DNA of 64,000 nucleotides, from assembly GCA_051362555.1 (NCBI GenBank), contig CM120648.1:18596587-18660586 (forward strand), given 5' to 3'. Every line of letters begins with the position of its first letter. Positions within the stretch are counted from its first letter, which is position 1. Shown piece by piece: positions 53,101 to 60,425 of this stretch. The notes beneath the pieces are model-generated. The model saw only the letters and a list, made by a program, of their open reading frames with translations, was not told the origin of the DNA and made no database searches. The DNA comes from Lingula anatina. Its lineage: Eukaryota > Animalia > Brachiopoda. Both the position numbers and the translations under genes were made by a program.

Positions 53101-53429
53101 TTATTCTTCGTCATTAATAAATGACAATTTTCAGTCATATGGACTTTATGCTATTTACCTTTGAGCAAAAAGCTGAGCTTTGTTGTGTTGGTGTGATTAT
53201 TTGGCTACATGAATAGAATATTTCATCCACAGAGGTGTCTCTTGGCTGTAAGATAATATGAAATAATATTCAAATAAATCTGAACTGAAAAAAAAAAAAT
53301 TAATTAATTCTATAAAACGCAATATTTTGAAGAAACATGTTGTAAAGAACAATTTTCTTGCTGCTGTCATATCACCTGGTAATTGTTTGTTTTCTAGGTG
53401 AAGAAGAGTCAGTCCAAGACCAAAACTAA
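9209..53429 (+). CDS. Multi-exon Roc-COR-caspase fusion gene, 5'-incomplete. Exons: 9209-9259, 12714-12764, (13214-13264), 13617-13862, 28755-28879, 29260-30430, 31102-31151, 31480-31650, 36510-36729, 41265-41435, 47409-47518, 47755-47857, 53398-53429
   Basis: From 13617 on, all exons have AG acceptors and GT donors (one GC) with matching phases (1,0,1,0,0,1,1,0,1), giving one open frame of about 800 codons. Motifs seen: Roc WDFAGQ, GTHKD and FAISN; COR LPVSWIKLE, IIDPLWL, FIVPSML and FPTGLFHRL; caspase PRGRALIVNN, LSHG, QACQG, SWRHTGKGTWFV and SLRKKVFF. Confidence 0.88.
9376..10520 (+). mobile_element. Distal fragment of the long HINE variant
   Basis: Similar to about 44793-45785 (gggcatgaagcccagtggt..., ccctgtaaactccc..., ggtcctgaaactgt). 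Confidence 0.7.
11296..12035. repeat. ~146-151-bp tandem repeat, about 5 copies (second satellite family, probably Helentron-borne)
   Basis: Unit starts (gcagagata-like) at 11296, 11445, 11596, 11742, 11888 and 12023. Contains aataggaagtcata and tgacctttgaccta. Confidence 0.85.
12714..12764 (+). CDS. 51-nt mini-exon copy 2 (APPDDSESPASPDKTA)
   Basis: Two substitutions versus 9209-9259. Flanking intron is also duplicated (about 9100-9377 vs 12610-12890). ctacag acceptor and cag|gtacat donor. Confidence 0.7.
13214..13264 (+). CDS. Candidate third, diverged 51-nt mini-exon (VPFKGESGSHTSGEENM)
   Basis: gtacag acceptor, same length and phase, and codon-level similarity (ggtgaaagtggatctcatacctct vs gatgacagtgaatcacctgcctct). 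The a|gtagta donor is weak. Confidence 0.4.
   Translation, partial: SLSKVKVDLIPLGKKT
13617..13862 (+). CDS. Roc GTPase exon (G3/switch II)
   Basis: [30 protein letters not shown] is the ROCO Roc signature. Bounded by tcgcag| and g|gtattg. Confidence 0.92.
13901..14101 (+). repeat. Left TIR of Harbinger element (201 bp)
   Basis: agagcggattctcaacg...gtgcgcatgctcat is the reverse complement of 28167-28367 with 1 mismatch. Confidence 0.95.
14328..16619. mobile_element. Non-autonomous Ginger1-like DNA transposon
   Basis: TGT...ACA ends, ~40-bp imperfect TIRs and subterminal cgtgaataaaccgt repeats. The 4-bp CCGG TSD (14324-14327, 16620-16623) is the reported Ginger1 target. Excision restores the Myb frame. 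Confidence 0.8.
17184..17431 (+). repeat. 5' LTR (248 bp, TG...TA)
   Basis: Identical by eye to 22191-22438. Confidence 0.93.
17433..17443 (+). other. Primer-binding site TGGCGACGAGG, complementary to the 3' end of tRNA-Ser(GCU)
   Basis: Lies 1 nt after the 5' LTR. tRNA identity is recalled from the animal tRNA-Ser(GCU) 3' end ...CCUCGUCGCCA. Confidence 0.8.
18035..20086 (+). CDS. gag: 683-aa Gag-like protein with N-terminal ComEA-type helix-hairpin-helix domain, capsid-like region and CCHC zinc knuckle
   Basis: LPINRATYDELVTLPGIGPKRAERIIYARE (HhH). FDGNSDDWESL...WSEDE...CLEGEAL...QSQNETLNQW (retrotransposon capsid-like). CFFCKRKDHFKRNC (CX2CX4HX4C). Confidence 0.9.
   Translation: MASASRLPINRATYDELVTLPGIGPKRAERIIYAREQGIPVTRSNILEICGSNTGSNKIKNFSFGGTHSSELGSEVNMGDLDPSVLSTQKTHYTTSKVTSYIQHEGRAAAERYRAEFEKILKLGEKIQHQEQISRSKNIKNAANFSPSTYSKLKSCSKSHFHSAIDPKSFTSQPATLASEHDIFALPIERLRANNKDKKVTSSVHAKSSGRVMNPDTVTSFPNGKDSSRHFAPSVHKGDVNCDLYQFHVPKPGRRQRHVEQNFADTVQQNHEYRSSSIGKHYTRPRISPPVFCDEPLIYERDNIEKEYFRLPKPEKVGPKSKKDRVDPSDLPKQLSFDGNSDDWESLRKRYESYRQIKEWSEDECLDYLLWCLEGEALALYNSHLRANKNVSYTSIMKEMDLVFGIKKHPDSARLAFLTAVQSQNETLNQWLCRVLLLVRDAYPDKSESFRTKETISKFCQDCIDQDAGRYTSLKHPASISDAITHMVDYQHVCKPTNSQKETRKIREKIQICSLDLTARENQQSPSENVEKLVESIIEKRVSQQPKLSTIQFNSRADLEKTVEHLVRKSTPKTSSVCFFCKRKDHFKRNCQKYKEFLKRKITEKELAKQKRADNAESFKLKVRASSTCSNTPSQMHGTEKPHLVEQSLQQNQRRGVEWESDPSIDQNPRLSGNFSSIKWSRV
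20087..21540 (+). pseudogene. Decayed pol remnant (aspartic protease and start of RT region only)
   Basis: In frame after the gag TAG: ISGKVDMGAQISVMS (D-T/S-G protease motif mutated to DMG). At about 21302: YVFTRDNFDLGRS*...LKSRMR. At about 21508: APVL. No RT core, RNase H or integrase is recognisable. Confidence 0.75.
21599..22077 (+). other. Array of six predicted perfect three-way-junction motifs GACT-ATCAC..GTGAT-GT..AC-AGTC in the LTR element's 3' untranslated region
   Basis: Cores at 21601-21655, 21674-21723, 21729-21779, 21794-21843, 21929-21987 and 22028-22074, with compensatory stem changes. Confidence 0.8.
22177..22190 (+). other. Polypurine tract
   Basis: aaaagtggggggaa immediately before the 3' LTR. 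Confidence 0.85.
22191..22438 (+). repeat. 3' LTR (248 bp)
   Basis: Identical to the 5' LTR and followed by TSD tcac. Confidence 0.93.
25278..28142 (-). CDS. Harbinger DDE transposase, ~438 aa, apparently intact. Exons 28142-27862, 27049-26909, 26503-26167, 25835-25278
   Basis: GT-AG introns with consistent phases. Motifs WMENFRMKRATF, GAIDGTHVPI, YYNRKSFYSI, WPGQVHDARV, LGDPAYP and IEGCFGRCKGKW. Confidence 0.92.
28167..28367 (-). repeat. Right TIR of Harbinger element
   Basis: Reverse complement of 13901-14101. Confidence 0.95.
28604..28664. repeat. (ATT)n microsatellite
   Basis: Directly visible. Confidence 0.95.
28755..28879 (+). CDS. Roc exon (G4 motif)
   Basis: EFIMFWLNSIH...PYVLIIGTHKD. 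Bounded by ttttcag| and cag|gtgaaa. Confidence 0.9.
29260..30430 (+). CDS. End of Roc (G5) plus COR domain exon
   Basis: 390-codon open exon: YFAISN, HLPVSWIKLE, YHHRQGDILHF, VIIDPLWLADVF, LMLHFDL, FIVPSML, FPTGLFHRL. Bounded by catag| and g|gtaagc. Confidence 0.9.
31102..31151 (+). CDS. COR-caspase linker exon (APENQDRRAAKCPENE) with NAGNAG acceptor and GC donor
   Basis: This is the exon I found that bridges phase 1 to phase 0. The donor reads AG|GCAAGT. Confidence 0.7.
31480..31650 (+). CDS. Caspase p20 N-terminal exon
   Basis: YKNDSEPRGRALIVNNKTF...RDGTEVDVVALRKLFRYLHY...NLTA. Confidence 0.92.
32065..35635 (+). mobile_element. Helentron/HINE-like non-autonomous element with 161-bp tandem units
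   Basis: T-run start, subterminal tgtacagac/gtctgtaca inverted repeat, (GTCGCC)n microsatellite, 161-bp units and a 3' hairpin cagc-ttt-gctg followed by cttgtt. Confidence 0.8.
35071..35140. repeat. (AT)n microsatellite
   Basis: Directly visible. Confidence 0.95.
36510..36729 (+). CDS. Caspase catalytic exon (His and Cys)
   Basis: DSFILFLLSHGTEGAVYGTDG...LSGKPKMIFIQACQG. Bounded by aag| and a|gtaagt. Confidence 0.95.
39377..41250 (+). mobile_element. Helentron/HINE-like element ending in the splice-acceptor tract of a caspase exon
   Basis: 5' hairpin atgtacagacac-agat-gtgtctgtacat, three 161-bp units and the standard 3' end. Confidence 0.85.
41265..41435 (+). CDS. Caspase inter-subunit linker and start of p10
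   Basis: KRRDSG...GDEVPDA...PTMSDFLEVHATSP matches the caspase P..xDFL..xST.P motif. Phase 1 on both sides. Confidence 0.88.
41619..42235 (-). mobile_element. 617-bp MITE with perfect 77-bp TIRs, 8-bp TSD and a RecQ-like helicase relic (AcademH-like)
   Basis: TIRs at 41619-41695 and 42159-42235. TSD tattgtac. The - strand at 41926-41825 reads LKPEQYDALHHYLLRDDVFCVLPTGYGKSLIF (RecQ-like motif I). Confidence 0.8.
42362..46508 (+). mobile_element. Long Helentron/HINE-like element with nine 161-164-bp units
   Basis: Same termini as the other copies. Array spans about 42445-43900. Confidence 0.85.
45925..46298 (+). mobile_element. tRNA-derived SINE with V-domain-like core
   Basis: A-box-like tggccttgtggttagag and B-box-like gggtccaaaccc. 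V-SINE-like core cataccagtc...ggtacctgctg...gcttggcactcagcactaagggg. aataaa and (att)n tail. 35-bp flanking duplication. Confidence 0.75.
47409..47518 (+). CDS. Caspase p10 exon
   Basis: EYVSWRHTGKGTWFVQSIVDTF...DVLQMLVN. Bounded by tttcag| and |gtaagt. Confidence 0.93.
47755..47857 (+). CDS. Caspase p10 C-terminal exon
   Basis: VNHAISQKQTTMGNKQAPEIVTSLRKKVFF. Confidence 0.92.
48553..51920. mobile_element. TTAA-inserted element (Kolobok-like AGG...CCT ends) splitting the RT relic
   Basis: ttaa-aggcccag at the left and ttgggcc-ttaa at the right, with RT homology resuming across it. The TIR match is only ~7 bp and one T is missing at the right junction. Confidence 0.5.
48889..51706 (+). mobile_element. 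Helentron/HINE-like element (rearranged, second head at about 50308)
   Basis: Same 5' hairpin, microsatellite and 3' end as the other copies. Confidence 0.8.
52328..52460 (-). pseudogene. Small Tc1 transposase relic
   Basis: LPWSSKSPYLNHMDNKW resembles WPxxSPDLNPIENxW. Confidence 0.5.
53398..53429 (+). CDS. Candidate terminal coding exon (GEEESVQDQN*)
   Basis: ttgttttctag acceptor, phase 1 matching the donor at 47858. The alternative is read-through of exon 47755 to a stop about 9 codons later. Confidence 0.5.
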
Positions 53430-53476
53430 AGACGGCTGTCGACGGTTTCATGCACAGAGAGCCCGCAAACGAAGTA

Positions 53477-54739
53477 CACGCACTGGACAATAGAAGTGTC
53501 ACCCCCTAAATCAGAGTAGTAAAAGTAGGCAGATCTTCGGTACTTATAATGTCTGGTCTACTTATAATGTGACTAATGAGTATAAAACCGCTATACCATG
53601 GAATTGTATTGTTGGTCTTGTACATGTACAGCAAATATTATTCCTGTCTTCCTCCAGTATGGCAAGATACAGGCAATTACATAACGGTTATATGCGTCAA
53701 GTTTTTAACCTGAAGAGACGGAATATAGGCAATGTCAGAATATCGACACAATTGAATTGTTCAGTCAGAACCGTGCAGAGGGTCTGGTCTCGGTATGGAA
53801 ACACTGGATCAAGAGACAAATTGCCTCTGATGGGTTGTCCAAGAAAAACTACTGGCCGTAAAGACCGACGACTGATTTTGATGTCCAGGTTGTCAAAGTT
53901 CGACACTGCTTGTCAGTTGACAAGACAGTTGAACAATTTTACACATAAGAATGTGTCTGTGAAAATTATTAGGCGTAGGTTAAATGCTCAGAGAGTGTAT
54001 AACAGGGTAGCAAGACAAAAAAAACTCATATATCGTTACAAAACAGGCAAGGTAGAGTGAACTAGGGTCAACAGGATCTGGAACTGGACAGTCCATGGCA
54101 ATTGGTCCTATATATTTTTTTCTGGTGGGTTTCGCTTTGGTCTGACCTCTGATGACAGATGGGTACGATGCTAGCGAACTGCTGGTAAAGCATTTGAAGC
54201 ACATGCACTGAATTTTCGAACCCGGAGCAGCATATTTATCATGGTGTGGGGCTGCATCAGCATCCATTGCCTGGGCGAATTGGTAGTGGTTGATGGAAAC
54301 ATGAATCACTAGAAATATATCGATGTTTTGGAGTCAGGCTTGCTACCATCTATTACTAACATGTTTGGTGACAGGAGTTATCCATTTGTTCACCAGGATG
54401 ACAATGCTCCTTGTCACAGGCCCAGAGCAGTTGATGATTGGTTTGAACAACAGGACATTCACAGGTGATGTGGCCTGCCCAGAGACCGGATGCAAGACCG
54501 GATGCAAACATACCTGTAATTGAAAATGTGTGGAATGATATGTCAAAACTTTTGACAAATGTCCGTCTAACCAGTAGAGAATAATAGTTATATTATATAG
54601 AAAATAGTTATATTCAGTGTTTTTTTTTTGTGAAATTTGATGTTAATAAAATGATACCAGGAGCATAATATTCCACAGTCATTTATCTCCCCCATAGTAT
54701 TGGTGCAGTAGGGGAGACACTGCTATTGTTCAGTGTGTG
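53477..54739 (+). mobile_element. Decayed Tc1-like transposon
   Basis: TA flanks and 29-bp TIRs (cacgcactggacaatagaagtgtcacccc, 4 mismatches). HTH ORF MARYRQL...GCPRKTT, then IMVWGCIS, QDDNAPCH and WPAQ...IENVW with frameshifts. Confidence 0.88.
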
Positions 54740-55347
54740 TACTTGCATTTTTTACTAGATTCTATTTTAAAATGTAGATATTAGGCAGTTCTCTGTGAAC
54801 ATTTCATTCGCCTTTGGTGTAAATATTACAAAGGATTACGCAGTGCAGAGGTCAAATGTCTGATATTAGGGACATTCTGTCCAGCTCTTAAGGAATTATG
54901 GGGTAACATTTCATTAAACAGACTTGTAATTATTTCTGAATATATGTCTCGCCGTCTACAGGAGACACATGCAGCACTTAGACATTAGCTTCTAAATAAC
55001 GCAGTCTGATGCGGATAAAATATATGCTCTTGTTTATAATGTACATAAATTTGGTGATAGTTGGCGGGGTCTTATCACTAAATGAATATTTTTACCTCTC
55101 TGGAAATCAATATAGAATATCAGATAAGATGGGCATGAATAATCTAAATCTGCAATGTGGTATAAGATATGGATTTTCACACTGGTATTTTGTTTTATGT
55201 ACCTTAGCCCATGTTGATTACAGTGTCTGCAATAAAAATATTAGAGACAGTTAACAGGTCTGATGCGATCATTTGTAAACGAAAGCACATGCAATTGGAG
55301 GCGTGAAAACCTTTTTGATAAGTGGGTATGTTATAATAGAAATATAA

Positions 55348-56456
55348 GGCCACACTTTTTTATTTTTATGGATGACATCCTCAGGGGACCCAAAAATCGG
55401 TGCGAGCGGGCGAAAAAAAAAAAAAAGTCCAAAAAAAAAAAAAAACCTGCTTAAGAAAAGTTGTGTTCAGTACACAGCTCTAAACACTAATTTACCACAG
55501 AAACACGTATCAAACTAACAATATGTCTTTATCCATGTTCCCAAAATATTAAAGCATTGTGAATATGGCCTGCTTCGTAGAAAGGTAAAAAGTCATGAAT
55601 ATACCTTCGTAGAAAGGTAAAAAGTCATGAATATATATGTTGCATATTACCAAATCTATTTAAGGTTATTTCATGCATTCTGTTGGTATAGCAATCAATA
55701 AAACAAATATAATAAAATATAATAGCGTGTCTTTATTTGTACTCTCAGAAAATTAAAGCATTGTAAACACTTCACAGAATTGTTTAAAAAAATGAAGCAA
55801 AGATAGGCCTATGCTTCCTACTACCAAATCTAAAAAAGGGAATTTCGGTCGATGCCATTTTGTCTACTTCGACTCACACGTAGTAGCCAACTATCGGGTG
55901 GCCTGTCCGACCTTCAGTCCACCAAATACCACGACGCTCTTGTCGACCCTTTTTTCGCTTCAAAAAAACCTGGTATGTGCTGCTTTGGACAGAATGTCAC
56001 TGAAATTTCCTGGGCGATGATCGCTGGCCGCGGCCAGCCTTTCGTATAATTGTAAAAGGGTGATATCTCCATGACAATATCAATGGCAAACCAATCCAAA
56101 ACAATGGCCCCGTTCTCTTTATGACTTTAATTGTCGTGTATTTTGAAATGAATGCTAGAGATGAATTTGATGGCAAAGCTGCCATATTTCCACGTGGTGA
56201 TAATACGCATGCGCAGAAAGCTCATTTTCCGCACTCGGAACTACTCGGATGTCTCCGCAGTCTACAATGACAGTATGGAGCTTGCGGAATAAGCCAAGGA
56301 TTGCCGATTGCATTTTCCGGTAAATTCAATAAAGACGTTTGCGACAACCGACTTCCTTGGGGGGGGGGATTTTTTTTTTTTTTTTTTTTTTTTGGAGAAC
56401 GGACAAAAATCGGTGCGCGCGCAGGATGTCATCCATAAAATTGAAAAAGTGTGGCC
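55348..56456. mobile_element. Non-autonomous DNA transposon, GGCC termini, TAA TSD (Harbinger- or Zator-type)
   Basis: TIR ggccacactttttt...tttatggatgacatcc. taa at 55345-55347 and 56457-56459. Confidence 0.85.
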
Positions 56457-57073
56457 TAATATACGTACAAAGAAAATTATGTAATAGACTTGCATAGTTG
56501 GTTCTGATTTTTATTCGAATATTAAATGTAACAAATGTATTACAAAACATTTGTTTATTTATATAAGCTGTGAATACCTGTAGCTACGATGTTAATTCAA
56601 ATGTCTGCCGGGCATTCTATTCATAGGCGTCCGATTTCCAACAACTGTGATGGCGAATCCACTGGGGCAAAGTAGGCCCTCTCCCTCATTTCTTAGCGAC
56701 GAAACCACATGTGGGCATCTATTATCCTTACCCCACTCTTTCCCTAACAGACAAAACCAGTCAATATTCCAATTCATGCGCTCTGTATTACAATAAAAAT
56801 GTCCTGGGCTCGGAATCTCGAAAGGATCGCTATGTTGCGCACGCGCTATAGCATGGCTAGCATGCGCTATCCCGTATCTCGAAAGCATCGCTACTTTGAG
56901 CGTCTGCGCTATCATGGCTAGCGTGCGCTATCCCGTATCTCGAAAGCTTCGCAAATCCCGGCCGTGCGCTAATGTCCAAATCGCCATTAGTTTCGAGGCT
57001 ATTATTTGCGGCCATACAAACTAGACGCAAGTGTTTTTACGCATGCGTACTTGGTCATTATATTGAAATCGTC

Positions 57074-57780
57074 ATGGCGGCTAGTTTTGTTGTTATAAGA
57101 GAAAAACGCCAGGAAAATGCTAAAAGAAGGTGTGTGAGACATATAGATCCTATGGTAGAGTTCCAACCCCATATTTTTCATAAGAGATACTGCATGACGC
57201 AGGAGAATGTGCTCAAACTGACCAATATTATTGAGGAACCTCTGAAAAGACCGACTACGAGGTCTTGAGCACTGTCACCCACTACCCAAGTTCTTGCTGC
57301 TTTACGTGTACTTGCTACTGGGTCAGATCACAAGGTGGTCGGCGACAGCCTTGATCTGTCACCAATGTCGGTGTCCAGAAGCCTCCATGCTGTGGTAGAT
57401 TCAATTTTAAACAGCCATGACCCAGCACTGCAGATCCAGTTTCCAACTGAAGAGGCAGATGTTAGGAGAGTGAAGAAGCAATTTTACAATATTGCAGGCT
57501 TCCCTAATGTCATCGGTGCCATCGATGGTTCTCTAATTCCAATAAAAGCTCCATCCCAAGATGAGAATTTGTTTGTGTGTCGTAAAGGCTTCCACGCTCT
57601 TAATATTCAAACAATAGTGGATGCCAAATTGAAGTAAGTTAATTAACATTTTAAAGGCATTCAGATATTAGAAAAACCTTTAGATCTACCCTTTGGCTGT
57701 TTCATGTTTGTTTCTATTAACTTGTTAATTTCATTACATTATATAGGTAGTGTACATTAGCTTAAAAATATTATTTATCT

Positions 57781-57875
<95 letters not shown>

Positions 57876-57973
57876 ATTTTTATTTTCATTATTTTTATTA
57901 TTTTAGGTTTACAAATGTAGTTGCAAAATGGCCAGGTTCAACTCATGACAGCTTCATTTTCACTTTGATCTGA
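57074..57973 (+). pseudogene. HARBI1-like transposase pseudogene (exons 57074-57633, 57907-57973)
   Basis: FYNIAGFPNVIGAIDGSLIPI...CRKGFHALNIQ and FTNVVAKWPGSTHDSFIF. In-frame TGA at 57266. Truncated before the GDxxY and E motifs. Confidence 0.9.
57784..57868. repeat. (TA)n microsatellite
   Basis: Directly visible. Confidence 0.95.
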
Positions 57974-59285
57974 CCCAGTAGAGACTACATGTAAAGCAGC
58001 AATAATTGGTGTAGCAAGCACTTGTGACAGTGTTTAAGACCTCGTGGTCAGTCTTCTTTAAGGTTCTTCATTGATCCCTTGAGTCAGTTTGAGCACATTC
58101 TCTGAAGTCATGCAGGATCTCTTATGAAATAGATGAGGTTGGAACTCTAGCATAGGATCTCTGAGTCTCACACACACACTTCCATATTCTCCTGGTATTT
58201 TTCTCTAACTCTCAGTTGGATCATTTATGAATCATTGTGGGATGAATACGGATTATTGTTTCATTAAACAAAAAAATGAAATTTGATGTTCTCTTTAAAA
58301 TGTCATAATTTATTATATTTTGCATATAATACTAAGAACTGAAATTTAAAATAAGTGTACAAAATGACAAAGGTGTACAGGTTTGATTTAATATAACAGC
58401 TAGTGTTCATGCAGGAAATTTAATAACAAATTCCAGGAATCAAAAAGACTGATACTTTAAGTCAATTACTTTTGAAGTACACTTTCAATGCAAATAGGGC
58501 AAAATAAAATCACTTTAAAGTTTATGTAAGAAACAAAACAGACGGTCAAGTTATGTTTTACATAAATTTTTTATTTCATGAAATAATAACATTAAGAAAA
58601 TATAAAAATAATATTATAAACAATTTCCTAAATGTATATTCTTGTCTAAATTAAAGTTAATAAGTACAATATAAAAATAAAGTCCTTTTCAAGGACAAAA
58701 GCAAATGAAAACTATCCCTTCTAAAAGATTTGTAACAAATTCCAGTTCTTTGCCGAGGTCATAAACTTAGTTTAAAATACAGCACTGAATGATCAAACTG
58801 ATTCACATATTGAAAATTACTGAATGAAAAATACTGAAAAATTATCAAAAAGAAATTGCATAAATTAAAGGAAAAAAATAATACAGTCAAGTTGGCATGT
58901 ATATCCTTATAATCATTCTTGTACGTAAAAAAATAAGTAACAAAGTTTTATTTTTCATTATATTTGTGGTGGCAGGGTCCACAATAGGGATTTTGCCAAT
59001 TTTGATGCAATATAACATAATACTCAACAGCATATTCACTACAAAATTAAAATAATATAACTATATGTGAAAGTTCACAGTACAGGGATGATGACTGCAA
59101 AAACAGATGCAACTAATGGCTAGTACAGTGATGTACAGTAACATACAGCTAGTATGTGTCTTGGCAAAAACATAAAATATCATGATCCCAATAAGATGCA
59201 CTCACTGGTAAGTATCTACAAGAGAATCGCACTTCATTACATCCAACTTCATTTCACAGTATTCTGTTATTTTTTCAAATAACAC

Positions 59286-59407
59286 TTAGTTACTTTTGTC
59301 AATTTCTAATCTCTCCCTTTCTAATTGTAAACGCTCTTTTTCTACTTTCAACCTCTCCTCTAATGCTAAGCGACCCTCCTCTACGTTGTAAAGCCTTTCA
59401 CTTACAT
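59286..59407 (-). CDS. Probable last exon of the Harbinger partner gene (coiled coil)
   Basis: tttcag| DVSERLYNVEEGRLALEERLKVEKERLQLERERLEIDKSN*, convergent with the transposase. Confidence 0.6.
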
Positions 59408-60425
59408 CTGAAATTTGAAGATGTATGTGATTAATAATTAAATATAAAAATGATATAATAAGAACTCAATCTTTTCAATATTCTAAATTTTACAGATACT
59501 GTACTTTTAAGTCAATGTGATAATTTTTCATAAATGAACATATTCCTGTTGAGTTGCAGCAACAAAAATGAAAAGCCAACCATCTGACAATGTTGAACGC
59601 TTTCATAAGCTATTTGTTTGAAATTACCAATAAAGTTTCATTTGTTAATAGGTATAGAAATAATTAACTCATATGTTTCAACCAATTATAGACTGAAAAG
59701 CACACCTGGCTGCCCACAGATGGTAATGCCTACCACAGCCCTCATTTCCCTGATGAAGTCTGGCTGTAAGCAAAACCCTATATACATAGGTATATACTCC
59801 CCGAACAAATGATTTAAGAGCATTACTTATTCAAACACAAATGTAAATATTAAAGGGGGTCTTTCCGATATGAGGGGAAATAAAACATATCCCAAACTTT
59901 TTCTTATATATGAAGGTCACGATCTAAACCAAAATTCGCCTTTGAGGTAGACGGCAATCAAAGTAATTAATTATTTCACATTCGAGTCTGTATTGGAGAA
60001 CCTCCTCTCCCCAAAATAGAGCGAACGTCAAATGCAGATGTTCCCACGGTCTTAGCCAATCAGAGTCTGCATTACTAAGCTCTCTGGCCAAAAATAGACA
60101 AGACGTCACGTGCAGGTGTACACACGGTTTTAGCCAATGATAGTGCGCATGCCAGGTAATACACGCATTCGGGCAAGAAGAAAGAATTTATGGCGGAGGA
60201 GTTCGAAGTAAGTTGCTTTCATATGTATACGCGTTAGTTACATCGTTTATCCTTTATTATTATTCAACATATGAGAACATAAAGATTTAAAGTTTAAGTT
60301 TTGGTCGGTGGAATAGTCTAGAAAGTCAAAAATATTTCGGAATTGATGCGTGAGAGCCGGACGATAGTGCTTGATATCGTAATTTGTCATGTCGAAGTCA
60401 AACACCGAAAACGAAGAAGGATTAA

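Larger units (their letters stand above)
56807..59407. mobile_element. Second (HARBI1-like) Harbinger element, internally deleted; right end not in window
   Basis: Probable left end ctg|ggctcggaatctcgaaag with subterminal gcgctatcccgtatctcgaaagc repeats. Contains a transposase relic and a convergent partner exon. Confidence 0.6.
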
